Below are positions 52,061-64,000 of a stretch of DNA of 64,000 nucleotides, in pieces. The stretch is from Balanoglossus misakiensis (taxonomy: Eukaryota > Animalia > Hemichordata), in contig CM082588.2 in the NCBI GenBank assembly GCA_040954595.2, positions 10,462,844 to 10,526,843 of the forward strand. Direction: 5' to 3'. Under the pieces are notes generated by a model that saw only the letters and a list, made by a program, of their open reading frames with translations, ran no database searches and had not been told where the DNA came from. How positions within the stretch are numbered: position 1 is the first letter of the stretch; every line of letters starts with the position of its first letter. The position numbers and the translations under genes are program-made.

Positions 52061-53746
52061 CTTTCCCATAACTTGCCATGCACAGCAGATACGGCTTTCA
52101 AATTTAGAGGACTGGAACACCTAATGAAGTATTAATTTTTAACACAATCATTATGTACTTATCCTATTTAAAGTTAACCAATTGAGCTTAGAAGTTTGGT
52201 TCTTGTTGGACACTTATCAGTTTGATGTCAAAATTTGTTGGCACAAATTTGCCTGACCTCTGGCTTACTTACCATTTCTCAGCATCCATAACAGATACAG
52301 CCTTTGCTTTCTGTTGGAACCATGCTAACCACTTTGGTCACTCCAATGCTGCTTATAGTTGGGTCTTCTTCATGGCGGTCATATTGGATTTTCTGATAAT
52401 CTCTAAAAGTGGACATTTTTTTTCTAAACTGCAGGGCCAATCAAGTTCTAATTTACTGGCCGTTCCATTTTTTTTTTCAATTATATTAATAGTGGTCATG
52501 TGAATTTGGATTCATTATGGATTTTTTCAAAAACTCATGAAAAATTTCCAAAATCTTTTTTAATCAAGCTTTCAAGTGAATTGTGATTGGTTAAACCTTA
52601 TTGAAGTCAAATTGGATTGTCTGAACTCCGATTAAAAACTAAAATTTCCTATTTCAAGGCTACTGAATGATAGCACACCAATCCTTTTTATGGATACGAG
52701 TCACCATAAGTCCAGAATATGTTAAACAATTTTTATCAACTTTCACATGTCCTTTCATCTATTTTTTAAACACTTAATTATACTATTTTTTTGCAACTTT
52801 CATTCGTCTTTTGATCCAGATCTTTCAGAACTTAATTCTACGTTGATATGCCTCTTGTTAAAAAGCACAACAGTCGTGATTTTGTTCACATGAGTACTAC
52901 TGCTGCCAGGACATAACCCAAATATTTTGATAATTTTGGCAGTAACTTTTGATCTACATTCCCATAACTTGGCATGTACAGCAGATACAGCTTTTAAATT
53001 TAGAGGCTTGGAACACCTAATGAAGTACATGTATTAACTTTAACACAATAATTATGTATATAAGCTATTTAAAGTTAACTAATAAAGCGTAGAAGTCTGC
53101 TTTTTGTTGGACATTGATCAGTTTGGTATCAAATTTTGTTGGCACATTTTGCATCACCTCTGGCATACTTTACCATTTCTAGGCATCCACAACAGATACA
53201 GCCTTTGCTTTCTGTTGGAACCATGCTAACCGCTTTGGCCACTCCAATGCTGCTTGTAGCTCTAATTGTCTTCTTCATGGTGGCCATATTGGATTTTCTA
53301 ATAACCTTTAAAAGTTGACATTTTCATAAACTACAGGGCAAATCAAATTCTAGTTTACTGTAGGGTTGAAAGTTTGACAAAAATATCATTAGTGGTCATG
53401 TGACTTTGGGTGCCTAATTGGATTGTTTAAAAATCTCATTAAAAAATTACAGAACATCTTTTTCTAATCAAGTTTTCAAGTGAATTGTGATTGGTGTCAC
53501 CTTATTGGAGCCAAATTGGATTTTTCTGAACACTGATTAAAAACTAAGATTTCCTATTTCTAGCCTACTCATTGAAAGCACACAAATTAATTTTATGGAT
53601 ACGAGTCGCCATATGACTAGAATACGTTACATTTTTTGGCAACTTTCACATGTCCTTTGATCCAGTTTTTTCAAAACTTGATTAAACAATTTGTTGGCAA
53701 CTCTCGCATGTCCTTTGACCCAGTAATTCCATAACTTAATTTTATG

Positions 53747-54087
53747 TGGATATGGCTCTTGATAAAAAGCTCAACAGTCATGATTTTGTTCATAGAGTAC
53801 TACTGCTGCCAGGACATAACCCAAATATTTTGATAATTTTGGCAATGACCATTGATCTACTTGGATATGTCTCTTGTTAAAAAGCACAACAGTCATGATT
53901 TTGTTCACATGAGTTTTATTGCTGCCAGGACATAACCCAAATATTTTGATAATTTTGGCCATGACCCTTGATCTACTTGGATATGTCTCTTGTTAAAAAG
54001 CACAACAGTCATGATTTTGTACACATGAGTACTATTGCTGCCTGGACATAACCCAAATATTTTGATAATTTTGGCCATGATCTACTT
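53747..54087. repeat. 116-bp tandem array, ~3 copies
   Basis: Paralogue of the array at 47215. Confidence 0.9.
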
Positions 54088-54920
54088 AAATCCTATTTAA
54101 AGTTAACCAATTGAGCTTAGAAGTTTGGTTCTTGTTGGACACTTATCAGTTTGATATCAAAATTTGTTGGCACAAATTTCCGTGACCTCTGGCTTACCTA
54201 CCATTCTAAGAATCCATAACAGATACAGAGTTTGCTTTCTGTTGGAACCATGCTAACTGCTTTGGCCCCTGTGATGCTGCATGTTCTTTTAATTGTCTTC
54301 TTCATGGTGGCCATATTGGATTTTCTGATAACCTTTAAAAGTTGACATTTTTTTTCAAAAATTACAAGGCCAATCAAGTTCTAATTTACTGTACGTTCCA
54401 ATTTTTTAAAATAATATTGTTAGTGTTCATGTGAATTTGGATTTATTATGGATTTTTGAAAAATCCCATGAAAAATTTCCAAAATCTTTTTTTAATCACG
54501 CTTTCGCGTAAAATGTGATTGGTTAAACCTTATTGAAGCCTAATTGGATTTTCTGAACTCCGATTAAAAACTAAAATTTCCTATTTGTAGGCTACTGAAT
54601 GATAGCACACCAAGCCTTTTTATGGATAGAGTCAACATAAGACCAGAATGTTAAAATTTTTTGTCAACTTTCACATGTCCATTGATCCTTTTTTTAACAC
54701 TTAATTATACAATTTTTTGCAACTTTCATTTTCCCTTTGATCAAGATCTTTCAGAACTTAATTGTACATTGATATGTCTCTTGTTAAAAAGCACAACAGT
54801 CATGATTTTGTTCACATGAGTACTACTCTGGCAGGACATAACCCAAATATTTTGATAATTTTGGCAATGACCCTTGATCTACATTTCCAAAACTTGGCAT
54901 GCACAGCAGATACAGCTTTT

Positions 54921-56724
54921 ATTAGCTCTGCTGTCACTTGTGTCAGCCGAGCTGTAGCAGTAGGTTGATAAATGTCTGTCCGTCGTCTGTCGTCCGTCAT
55001 CCGTCGTCCGTCAACTTTTGGTATTTCAATCTTCTTCTATAAAACTACTTGGCATATTTAGCTGAAATTTGGTTAGAATGTGTGTTATGGTGCCCTTACC
55101 TGATTTTGTTAATTTGGATTTGATCGGGTCATGAATATGCAAATTAGATCTAAAAATAAAATTTTTGGTAAAAAAATCTTCTTCTCCCTAACTACATGTA
55201 CGATGGAGCTGAAATTTGGTAGGAATGTGTGTTATGGTGTCCCTACCTGATTTTTAGCTCTGCTGTCACTTGTGTCAGCCGAGCTGTAGCAGTAGGTTGA
55301 TAAGTGTCCGTCCGTCGTCCGTCGTCTGTCGTCAGTCGTCTGTCGTCCGTCAACTTTTTGTATTTCAATCTTCTTCTTTAAAACAACTGGGCATATTTAG
55401 CTGAAATTTGGTTGGAATGTGTGTTATGGTGCCTTTAACTGATTTTGTTAATTTGGATTTGATGGGGTCATGAATATGCAAATTAGATCTAAAAATAGAA
55501 CTTTTGGTAAAAATCTTCTTCTCCACAACTACATGTGCAATGGACCTGAAATTTGGCAGGAATGTGTGTTATGGTGCCCCTACCTGATTTTGTAAATTTG
55601 GATTTGATGGGGTCATAAATATGCAAATTAGATCTAAAAATAGAATTTTGGTAAAAAATCTTCTTCTCCATAACTACATGTACAATGGAGCTGAAATTTG
55701 GTAGGAATGTGTGTTATGGTGCCCCTACCTGATTTTGTAAATTTGGATTTGATGGGGTCATAAAAATGCAAATTAGATCTAAAAATATAATTTTTGGTCA
55801 AACATTTTCTTCTCCCTAACTACATGTACGATGGAGCTGAAATATGGTAGGAATGTGTGTTATGATGCCCGTACTTGATTTTATAAATTTGGATATGATC
55901 GGGTCATGAATATGTAAATTAGATCTAAAAATATAATTTTTGGTAAAAAATCTTCTTCTCCCTAACTATTTGTACGATGGAGCTGAAATTTAGTAGGAAT
56001 GTGTGTTATAGTGTCCCTACCTGATTTTGTTAATTTGGATTTGATTGGGTCATAAATATGCAAATTAGATCTAAAAATAGAATTTTTGGTCAAAAATCTT
56101 CTTCTCCCTAACTACATGTACGATGGCGCTGAAATTTAGTAGGAATGTGTGTTATGGTGCCCCTACCTGATTTTGCTAATTTGGATATGATGGGGTCATA
56201 AATATGCAAATTAGATCTAAAAATAGAATTGTTGGTCAAAAATCTTCTTCTCCCTAACTACATGTACGATGGCGCTGAAATTTAGTAGGAATGTGTGTTA
56301 TGGTGCCCCTACCTGATTTTGCTAATTTGGATATGATGGGGTCATAAATATGCAAATTAGATCTAAAAATATAATTTTTGGTAAAAAAATCTTCTCCCTA
56401 AATACATGTACGATGGAGTTGAAATTTGGTAGAATGTGTGTTATGGTGCCCCTACCTGATTTTGTTTTATTGGAATTTTGATGGGGTCATGAATATGCAA
56501 ATTAGAACATTGGTACTTCCTTTTGATGTTGTTCTTTAGAATTCAATTCTTTCTTTCTTTAGTGCAATGAATCAAGCTGAATTTGGATAAATACTTGTGA
56601 TGTCTATGTTTGGTTTTGTTCAATAGAATACAATTGTTATGAATTAAAACCTAGGGTATTCATATCATCGCCCAGGTTACACTGTTAAGGTCAGCAGAGC
56701 TCATTTGACCAATAGGTCACTTGT
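54921..56724 (+). mobile_element. Helentron-associated element (HINE) with doubled 5' end and ~146-bp central repeats
   Basis: SubTIR agctctgctg / cagcagagct, a (cgtc/gtc)n microsatellite, and a 3' hairpin tgacc-aata-ggtca. It is inserted in a T-run without a TSD (empty site gcttttaaattt at ~46457). A second 5' end is at ~55251. Confidence 0.88.
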
Positions 56725-59529
56725 AAATTTAGAGGACTGGAACACCTAATGAAGTGCATGTGTTAACTTTAACACACTAATTATGTATATGAGCTATTTA
56801 AAGTTAACCAATAAAGCGTAGAAGTCTGCTTTTTGTTGGACACTGATCAGTTTGGTATCAAATTTTGTTGGCACATTTTGCCTCACCTCTGGCGTACTTT
56901 ACCATTTCTGGGCATCCACAACAGACACAGCCTCTGCTTTCTGTTGGAACCATGCTTAACACCTTGGTCCCTCCAATGCTACTTTTAGTTGTAATTGTCT
57001 TCTTCATGGCGGCCATATTGGATTTTCTAATAAGCTTTAAAGGTTGACATTTTCATAAACTACAGGGCCAATCAAGTTCTAATTTACTGTGCGGTTGAAA
57101 GTTTGATAAAATATCATTAGTGGTCATGTGACTTTTGGTGCCTTATTGGATTTTTTAAAAATCTCATTCAAAAATTACGAAAATCTTTTTCTAATCAAGT
57201 TTTCAAGTGAATTGTGATTGGTTTAACCTTATCAGAGCCAAATTGGATTTTCTGAACTCCGATTAAAAGCTAAAATTCCTTTTTTTATCCTACTCATTGA
57301 AAGCACACAAATTCTTTCTGTGGATACGAGTCACCATATGACTAGAATATGTTACATTTTTTGACAACTTTCATATGTTCTTTGATCCAGTTTTTTTTCA
57401 GTATTTGATTAAACAATTTGTTGGTGACTCTCGCATGTCCTTTGATCCAGTAATTCCATAACTTAATTTTATGTGGATATGGCTCTTGATAAAAAGCTCA
57501 ACAGTCATGATTTTGTTCAAAGAGTACTACTGCTGCCAGGACATAACCCAAATATTTTGATAATTTTGGCAATGACCTTTGATGTACTTTCCCATAACCT
57601 GGCCTGCACAACAGATACAGCCTTCAGATTTTTAGGCCTTAAACACCTAATAAAGTATTAAACTTTAACACAAAAGTTGTGTACATAAGCTTTTTCTAGT
57701 TAACCAATTGAGAATAAAAGTCTGTTTTTTTGTTGAACACTGATCAGTTTGATGTCAAAATTTGTTGCCACAAATTTCCGTGACCTCTGGCTTACCTACC
57801 ATTTCTAAGCATCCACAACAGATACAGAGTTTGCTTTCTGTTGGAACCATGCTAACTGCTTTGGTCCCTGTAATGCTGCATGTTCCTTTAATTGTCTTCT
57901 TCAGGGTGGCCATATTGGATTTTCTGATAACCTTTAAAAGATGACAGTTCTTTTCCAAAACTACAGGGACAATCAAGTTCGAATATACTGTGCAGTTCAA
58001 AGTTTGACTGTAATATTGCTAGTAGTCATGTGACTTAGAATTCCTTATTAGATTTTTGAAAAATATCATTAAAACACTTTTTCTAATCAAGTTTTCAAGT
58101 GAATTGTGATTGGTTAAACCTTATTGGAGCCAAATTGGATTTTCTGAACAACGATTTAAAACTAAGATTTCCTAGTTATGGCCTACTCATTGATAGCACA
58201 AACATTATTTATATGTATATGACTCACTATATGACCAGAATATGTTACCATTTTTGGCATATTGCACATGTCCTTTAATCCAGTTTTTCCAACACTTAAT
58301 AATACAAATTTTTAGGCAACTTTCATTTGTCTTTTGATCCAGATCTTTCAGAACTTAATTAAAGTTTATTGAAGCCAAATTGGATTTTATGAATTCTGAT
58401 TAAAAACTTTGATTGCACACCAATTCTTTTTATAGATACGAGTCACCATATGACCAGAATACGTTGCATTTTTTGGCAACTTTCGCATGTACTTTGATCC
58501 ATTTTTTTTTCAGAACTTAATTATTCGTGGATATGCCTCTTGTTGAAAAGCAAAACAGTGATGATTTATTTTTCACACGAATAGTACTGCTGCCAGGACA
58601 TAACCCAAATTTTTTGATAATATTGGCATTGAACTTTGTCCTAAGTTTGGCACCTGTATTCTTTTCTGAATATCTTATGGCGACTAGACTAATAGCACTA
58701 GAGGTTTGGTTTTTGATGTATATGGACAAGTATGGGACTTAGCTTTTTTTGTTACATTTGGAATCCACTGGACCAATGTTGAGCTTATTAAATATGTGAA
58801 TATCTAATGCTGAGCTTACCCATATTGTTACAGGTTGAATTTTTTATGAACATGCTCTACTATTGGACTTAATTTTTTTGCTGAATTTCTTGACCAATGA
58901 TAACCTTATAAATATGTGCTTACGTAATTGTAGACTAGATAATGAAGCTTTGAGTCTGGGTTTTCTTGAACATTCACCAGTATGCGATCACATTTTTTTC
59001 TGACATTTTTGTTAGCTTTGGTTACCTTAAACCTATTTTCCCTGCCTTGGCATGCACAGCAGATAACGCCTTCAAATTTTGAGGGCTGGAACACCTAATT
59101 ACCAGGTTAACCAATAGAGCCAGAAGTCTTGTTTTTCATTTTACACTGATAATTTTGGAAGAAACATTTGTTGACAATTTTGGGTGAGCTCTTGGTGACC
59201 TTTGATCTGCTTTCCTATATACATAGCAGATACAGCATTGGCACTCTCTGGTATCCATAGGAACTGCTTTGACCTAGCCAATGTTTGTTGCACTTTATTT
59301 TTTTTCATTAATTGACGATATGTACCCCTTGACCCGCAGTATGTTGGGTTGGGCTGGCTTGCCAAATTAATCCTATTATTATCATTGATTTCATGCATTT
59401 AATTCTTTCATTCTTTTTTTTTTGTAGGTCCCACCGGTACTCTTCTCCTTCTCTCTCTCTTTCTTTCTTTCTTTCTTTTTTTCTCTTCTTTTCTCTTTTT
59501 TTTCTTTTTTTCCCTGTAGGCCCCAATGG

Positions 59530-60050
59530 TAACACCATAATCAACCTACTAACGTAAAATTTGATGGATGGATGGAGCGGAGTGTCAACCATAGTCAACC
59601 TACTAATATAAACTTTGATGGATGGATGGAGGGGAGCGTCAACCATAGTCAACCTACTAATATAAACTTTGATGGATGAATGGAGCGGAGCGTCAACCAT
59701 AGTCAACCTACTAATATAAACTTTGATGGATGGATGGAGCGGAGCGTCAACCATAGTCAACTTACTAAAATATAAACTTTGATGGATGGATGGTGCCGCG
59801 GAGCGTCAACTTAAAGGATGGAGAAGTGGAAGGATGGAGAAGTGGAGTTTTTTCTCTGTTTTTTCCTCTTTTTCTTTCCTGTAGGGCACACTGGTAACAC
59901 CATAATCAACCAACTAACGTAAAATTTGATGGGAGGATGGAGCGGAGAGTCAACCATAGTAAACCTACTAATATAAACTTTGATGGATGGATGGATGGAG
60001 CGTCAACCTAAAGGATGGAGAAGTGGAAGAATGGAGAAGTGGAGTTTCAA
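59530..60050. repeat. 54-bp minisatellite (~5 copies) plus partial block duplication
   Basis: aaccatagtcaac at 59587, 59641, 59695 and 59749. The block is repeated at about 59875-60050. Confidence 0.9.
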
Positions 60051-61649
60051 CATAATATCCTATTGACCAAAATTATAAGATAGAGTAATATAGACGTACA
60101 AAACGAGGTGATCGTAATATAAAACTTAATAGTCCAATAAATCGGGTTAATAATTGGTAGTGATTACTTGTTTTAAAATTAGGTTAACAGCAATGGCTTT
60201 GTGCAGGGTATGATAATAGGTTCCGAAATGTGTATGGTATAATAACGGTGAACAAATTTGAATTTGGTTTAATAAAAGGGTTACAAATGTGATGATGGTT
60301 TTATGGTAAAATTTGAGTGTACACAGGTTATAAAGGGGTAACAACGGTTGCTTGTATGAAGGGAATAATATTAGGGTAACAAATGTGGTATAAAGGTATA
60401 ACGGGTTTATAATATGATGATGGCTTGTGTACACAGGTTATAATGGGTATATGAATGAGAAGGGTATAATAATAGTAATAACTGTGTCGGGTTTAATAAG
60501 GGTAACAATTGTGCAAGGGTATAATAACGATTAATAATTGTGGTGATGGCTTATGGTGATATTAAGTATAAAAAGGCTGTTAATATTGATGATGATGACA
60601 GAGGTATAATAATGATAAAATGTTAAATAAGTGTCCAAGGTCTAATAATCATGTTGGTTCATTCATTGGTTAATGTGTATATTTTATGAATAACATGCTA
60701 TTATTTCTCAGATAGATAATACTCGTCAGCATCGTTATTCGGTGGAATTTCTCGCAACGGTACCTGTGATTGTATTCGCGCATCGACACATTGTACGCGA
60801 CAGACAGGCAGAAAATGTTAGCACAATGTTAGGTTAGCTTAACCTCCCCACCCCATCCAAATTCCAAATTTAGCTTAGATCATGGGGTGAGAGGAGGAGA
60901 GGACAGTTTTTTTTCCCTCTTTTGTAATTGGTATGAGGTTTTTTAACTGCCCTTTAGGCGCGTAAATTAGATGTGTGTTATCATACATGTAGTTATCTTG
61001 CTTTATTTTAAAACAATTGTGAATGAGCTCTGCGAGATTATGTACACGATAGTGTGTTATATAACGCTAAGGTAAAAGTAAACTTAACCCACTAACCCAT
61101 CACACTATTGTGTGCATAATTAGCAGATGCTATTTTGACTGGCCCATTGTTCAACCAAATGACACCTTGTTTCAAAAAGAGCTGAAACTATATTGGTTAA
61201 TTTCTTTCAGTTTAACCACATGACACATTGTTTCAAATTGGCCTGCAAGATATGCTACTTGAACTCCCCCCCCCCCCCACCCCCACCCCCCCCAAAACAA
61301 TAAATTAGGGATTAATCACTCGCTATATTATGAACATTCACATGAAAATTATGCAACCAATTTAAAGGTATTCTGGAGGCGTCTTCTGATGTCAGGTGGT
61401 TCAAATCCACCGATACCTAAGCTGGAAACATAACTTTTCATTGGTGTTCATATATGGCGAATAAAACATGCATATTCGTATTATCATATTTCAGATATGA
61501 ACGAATTGAAATAGATTCTTTTCGATATGATTTCAGAAATGAACGAATTCAAATAGATTCTTTTCGATATGTCACTATAAACTTTAATCCCATTTCACCC
61601 CTTTTACTCAAAATGTAATGTTTAAATAGCAAAGAAGTTAATCACTAAA

Positions 61650-64000
61650 CGTTGACACCGGGGTTTAAAATGCATACAGGGATACTAAAAGTTGACTGAA
61701 ATCCCTGGGTTAATACGTGTCCAAAAGCAATTTTATTTGACATTGCTAATGCAACGATGACATTGAATCTGATTCTTTGCATTAGGGGGAATGGCGATGC
61801 AAGCTTGATGATGCAGCCAGGTAGATAGTGATGCAAACACTTCACTTTGACATAGGTATTTAATGCATGTGCATGGGTATTTAATGTTGACTGTAAATCC
61901 CCAGGTTAATACGTGGCCAAAAGCACTGTAATTTGACATTGCTAATGCTACCGTGACACTAAATCTGATTCTTGCATCAGGGTAAATTGTGAAGCAAGCT
62001 TGATGATGCATCATGATAGATGGTGTTTCAAGCCCTTCACATTGACATTGGAATATAACGCATATGGGGATTTAAAGTTGATTGTATATCCTCAGGTTAA
62101 TACGTGGCCATAAGCACTGTAATTTGACATTGCTAATGCAACGATGATATTGAATCTGATTCTTTGCATCAGGGTAAATGGCGATGCAAGCTTGATGATG
62201 CATCCCGGTAGATAGTGATGCAAACACTTCACTTTGACATGGGTATTTAATGCATGCGCATTGATATTTAAAGTTGACTCTAAATCCCGAGGGTAATACA
62301 TGGCCAAAAGCACTGTAATTTAAAATTACTAATGCAAGCGTGACATTGAATATGGATAAATGGTGAAGCAAACGTGATGATGCATCAGGATAGATGGTGT
62401 TTGAAGCCCTTCACATTGACTTTTGAATATAATGCATATGGGGATTTAAAGTTGATTGTAAATCCCTAGGTTAATACATGGCCAAAAGCACTTTTATTTG
62501 ACATTGCTAATGCAACGGTGACATTGAATCTGATTCTATGCATCAGGGTAAATGGCGATACAGGCTTGATGATGCATCACGGTAGATAGTGATGCAAACA
62601 GTTCACTCTGACATGGGTATTAAATGCATATGGGGATTTCAAGTTGATTACAAATCCCTGGGTTAATACGCTCCCAAAAGCACTGTAGTTTGACATTGCT
62701 AATGAAATGGTGACATTGAATCTGATTCTATGCATCAGGGTAAATGGCGATACAGGCTTGATGATGCATCACGGTAGATAGTGATGCAAACAGTTCACTC
62801 TGACATGGGTATTAAATGCATATGGGGATTTCAAGTTGATTACAAATCCCTGGGTTAATACGCACCCAAAAGCACTGTAGTTTGACATTGCTAATGAAAT
62901 GGTGACATTGAATGTAATTCTTTGCATTAGGGGAAATGGCTAAAAGTTTAATGATGCATTGGAGTAGATGGTGATGCAAGCTATGCATTTTGACATAGGT
63001 ATTTAATGCATGTGCATGGGTATTTAATGTTGACTGTAAATCCCTAGGTTAATACATGTCCAAAAGCACTGTAATTTAAAATTGCTAATGCAAGGGTGAC
63101 ATTGAATCTGATTCTTTGCATCAGGGCAAATTCTGAAGAATGCTTGATGATGCACCAGGGTCAATGGTGATGCAATCACTAAACTTTTACACCGGGGTTT
63201 AAAATGTATACAGGGGGATTAAAAGTTGACTGTAAATCCCCAGGTTAATACAAGTCCAAAAGCACTTTAATTTGACATTGCTAATACAACGGTGACATTT
63301 AATCTGATTCTTTGCATCAGGGAAAATGGTGAAGCAAGCTTAATAATGCATCGGAGTAAATGGTGATGCAAGCTCTGCACTTTGACATAGGTATTAAATG
63401 TATATGCATGGGTATTTAAAGTTGTCCGTAAATCCCGAGGTTAATACGTGGCCATAGGCACTGTAATTTGACATTGCTAATGCTACCGTGATACTAAATC
63501 TGATTCTTTGCATCAGGGTAAATTGTGAAGCAAGCTTGATGATGTATCATGATAGATGGTGTTTCAAGCCCTTCACATTGACATTGGAATATAACGCACA
63601 TGGGGATTTAAAGTTGATTGTATGGCCAAAAGCACTGTAATTTGACATTGCTAATGCTACAGTGACATTGAATCTGATTCTTTGCATTAGGGCAAATGGC
63701 GAAGCAAGCTTGATGATGCATCACGGTAGATATTGATGCAAGCACTTCGCTTTGACATAGGTATAAAATTCATATGGGGATTTCAAGTTGATTATAAATC
63801 CCTGGGTTAATATGTGGCCGAAAGCACTTTTATTTGCCATTGCTAATGCTATGGTGACACTGATTATTTGCATCAGGGTTAATGGCGAAGCAGCTTGATG
63901 ATGCATCAGGATAGATGGTGATGCAAGCTCTGCACTTTGACATGAGGATTAAATGCATGCTGAGGGGGATTTAAAGTTGTCAAAACAAACTTGATGATGC
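61650..64000. repeat. ~192-196-bp tandem satellite, ~12 diverged copies (open at window end)
   Basis: gttga..gtaaatccc anchor at about 61691, 61886, 62077, 62273, 62451, 62643, 62835, 63028, 63225, 63421, 63613 and 63787. Confidence 0.93.

Larger units (their letters stand above)
43960..59250. repeat. Complex satellite of ~900-bp monomers with expanded 116-bp sub-arrays and a multi-kb duplication
   Basis: The monomer anchor acctctggc occurs at about 43968, 45726, 46623, 47979, 52256, 53156, 54185, 56885 and 57783. The uninterrupted spacing is about 897 bp. Confidence 0.92.

Noticed and set aside
44448-58742. Repeated short ORFs (e.g. IIKIFGLCPGS..., MLAHFASPLAY...) as a peptide gene family
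   Set aside because: They are incidental translations of satellite monomers, with inconsistent frames and stops between copies.

Overview
AT-rich, intron- and repeat-rich eukaryotic DNA, probably from an animal (a marine invertebrate is my inference from the repeat types). The only host locus is a + strand spliced gene or pseudogene at about 4393-34568. It is a chimera: MED25-like exons (a VWA fragment, Q/P/S-rich exons, a coiled-coil/LxxLL exon and a Q-rich terminal exon) surround four calcium-binding EGF exons that sit where the MED25 ACID domain is expected. Two small frame changes make the junction phases compatible. Its introns hold a TIR element carrying a spliced BEN-domain pseudogene, and a decayed AcademX-type transposase with an inserted OTU-protease domain. 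That transposase is interrupted by a Tx1/L1 LINE, a Kolobok-like MITE, a Transib-like MITE and a Helentron-like element. There are many other MITEs and a Helentron-associated element with a 237-bp array. The right third is a layered satellite: 116-bp arrays inside ~900-bp monomers inside a multi-kb tandem duplication, with a Helentron-type insertion. It is followed by 54-bp and ~194-bp tandem repeats. All family assignments come from motif recognition by eye; no searches were run.
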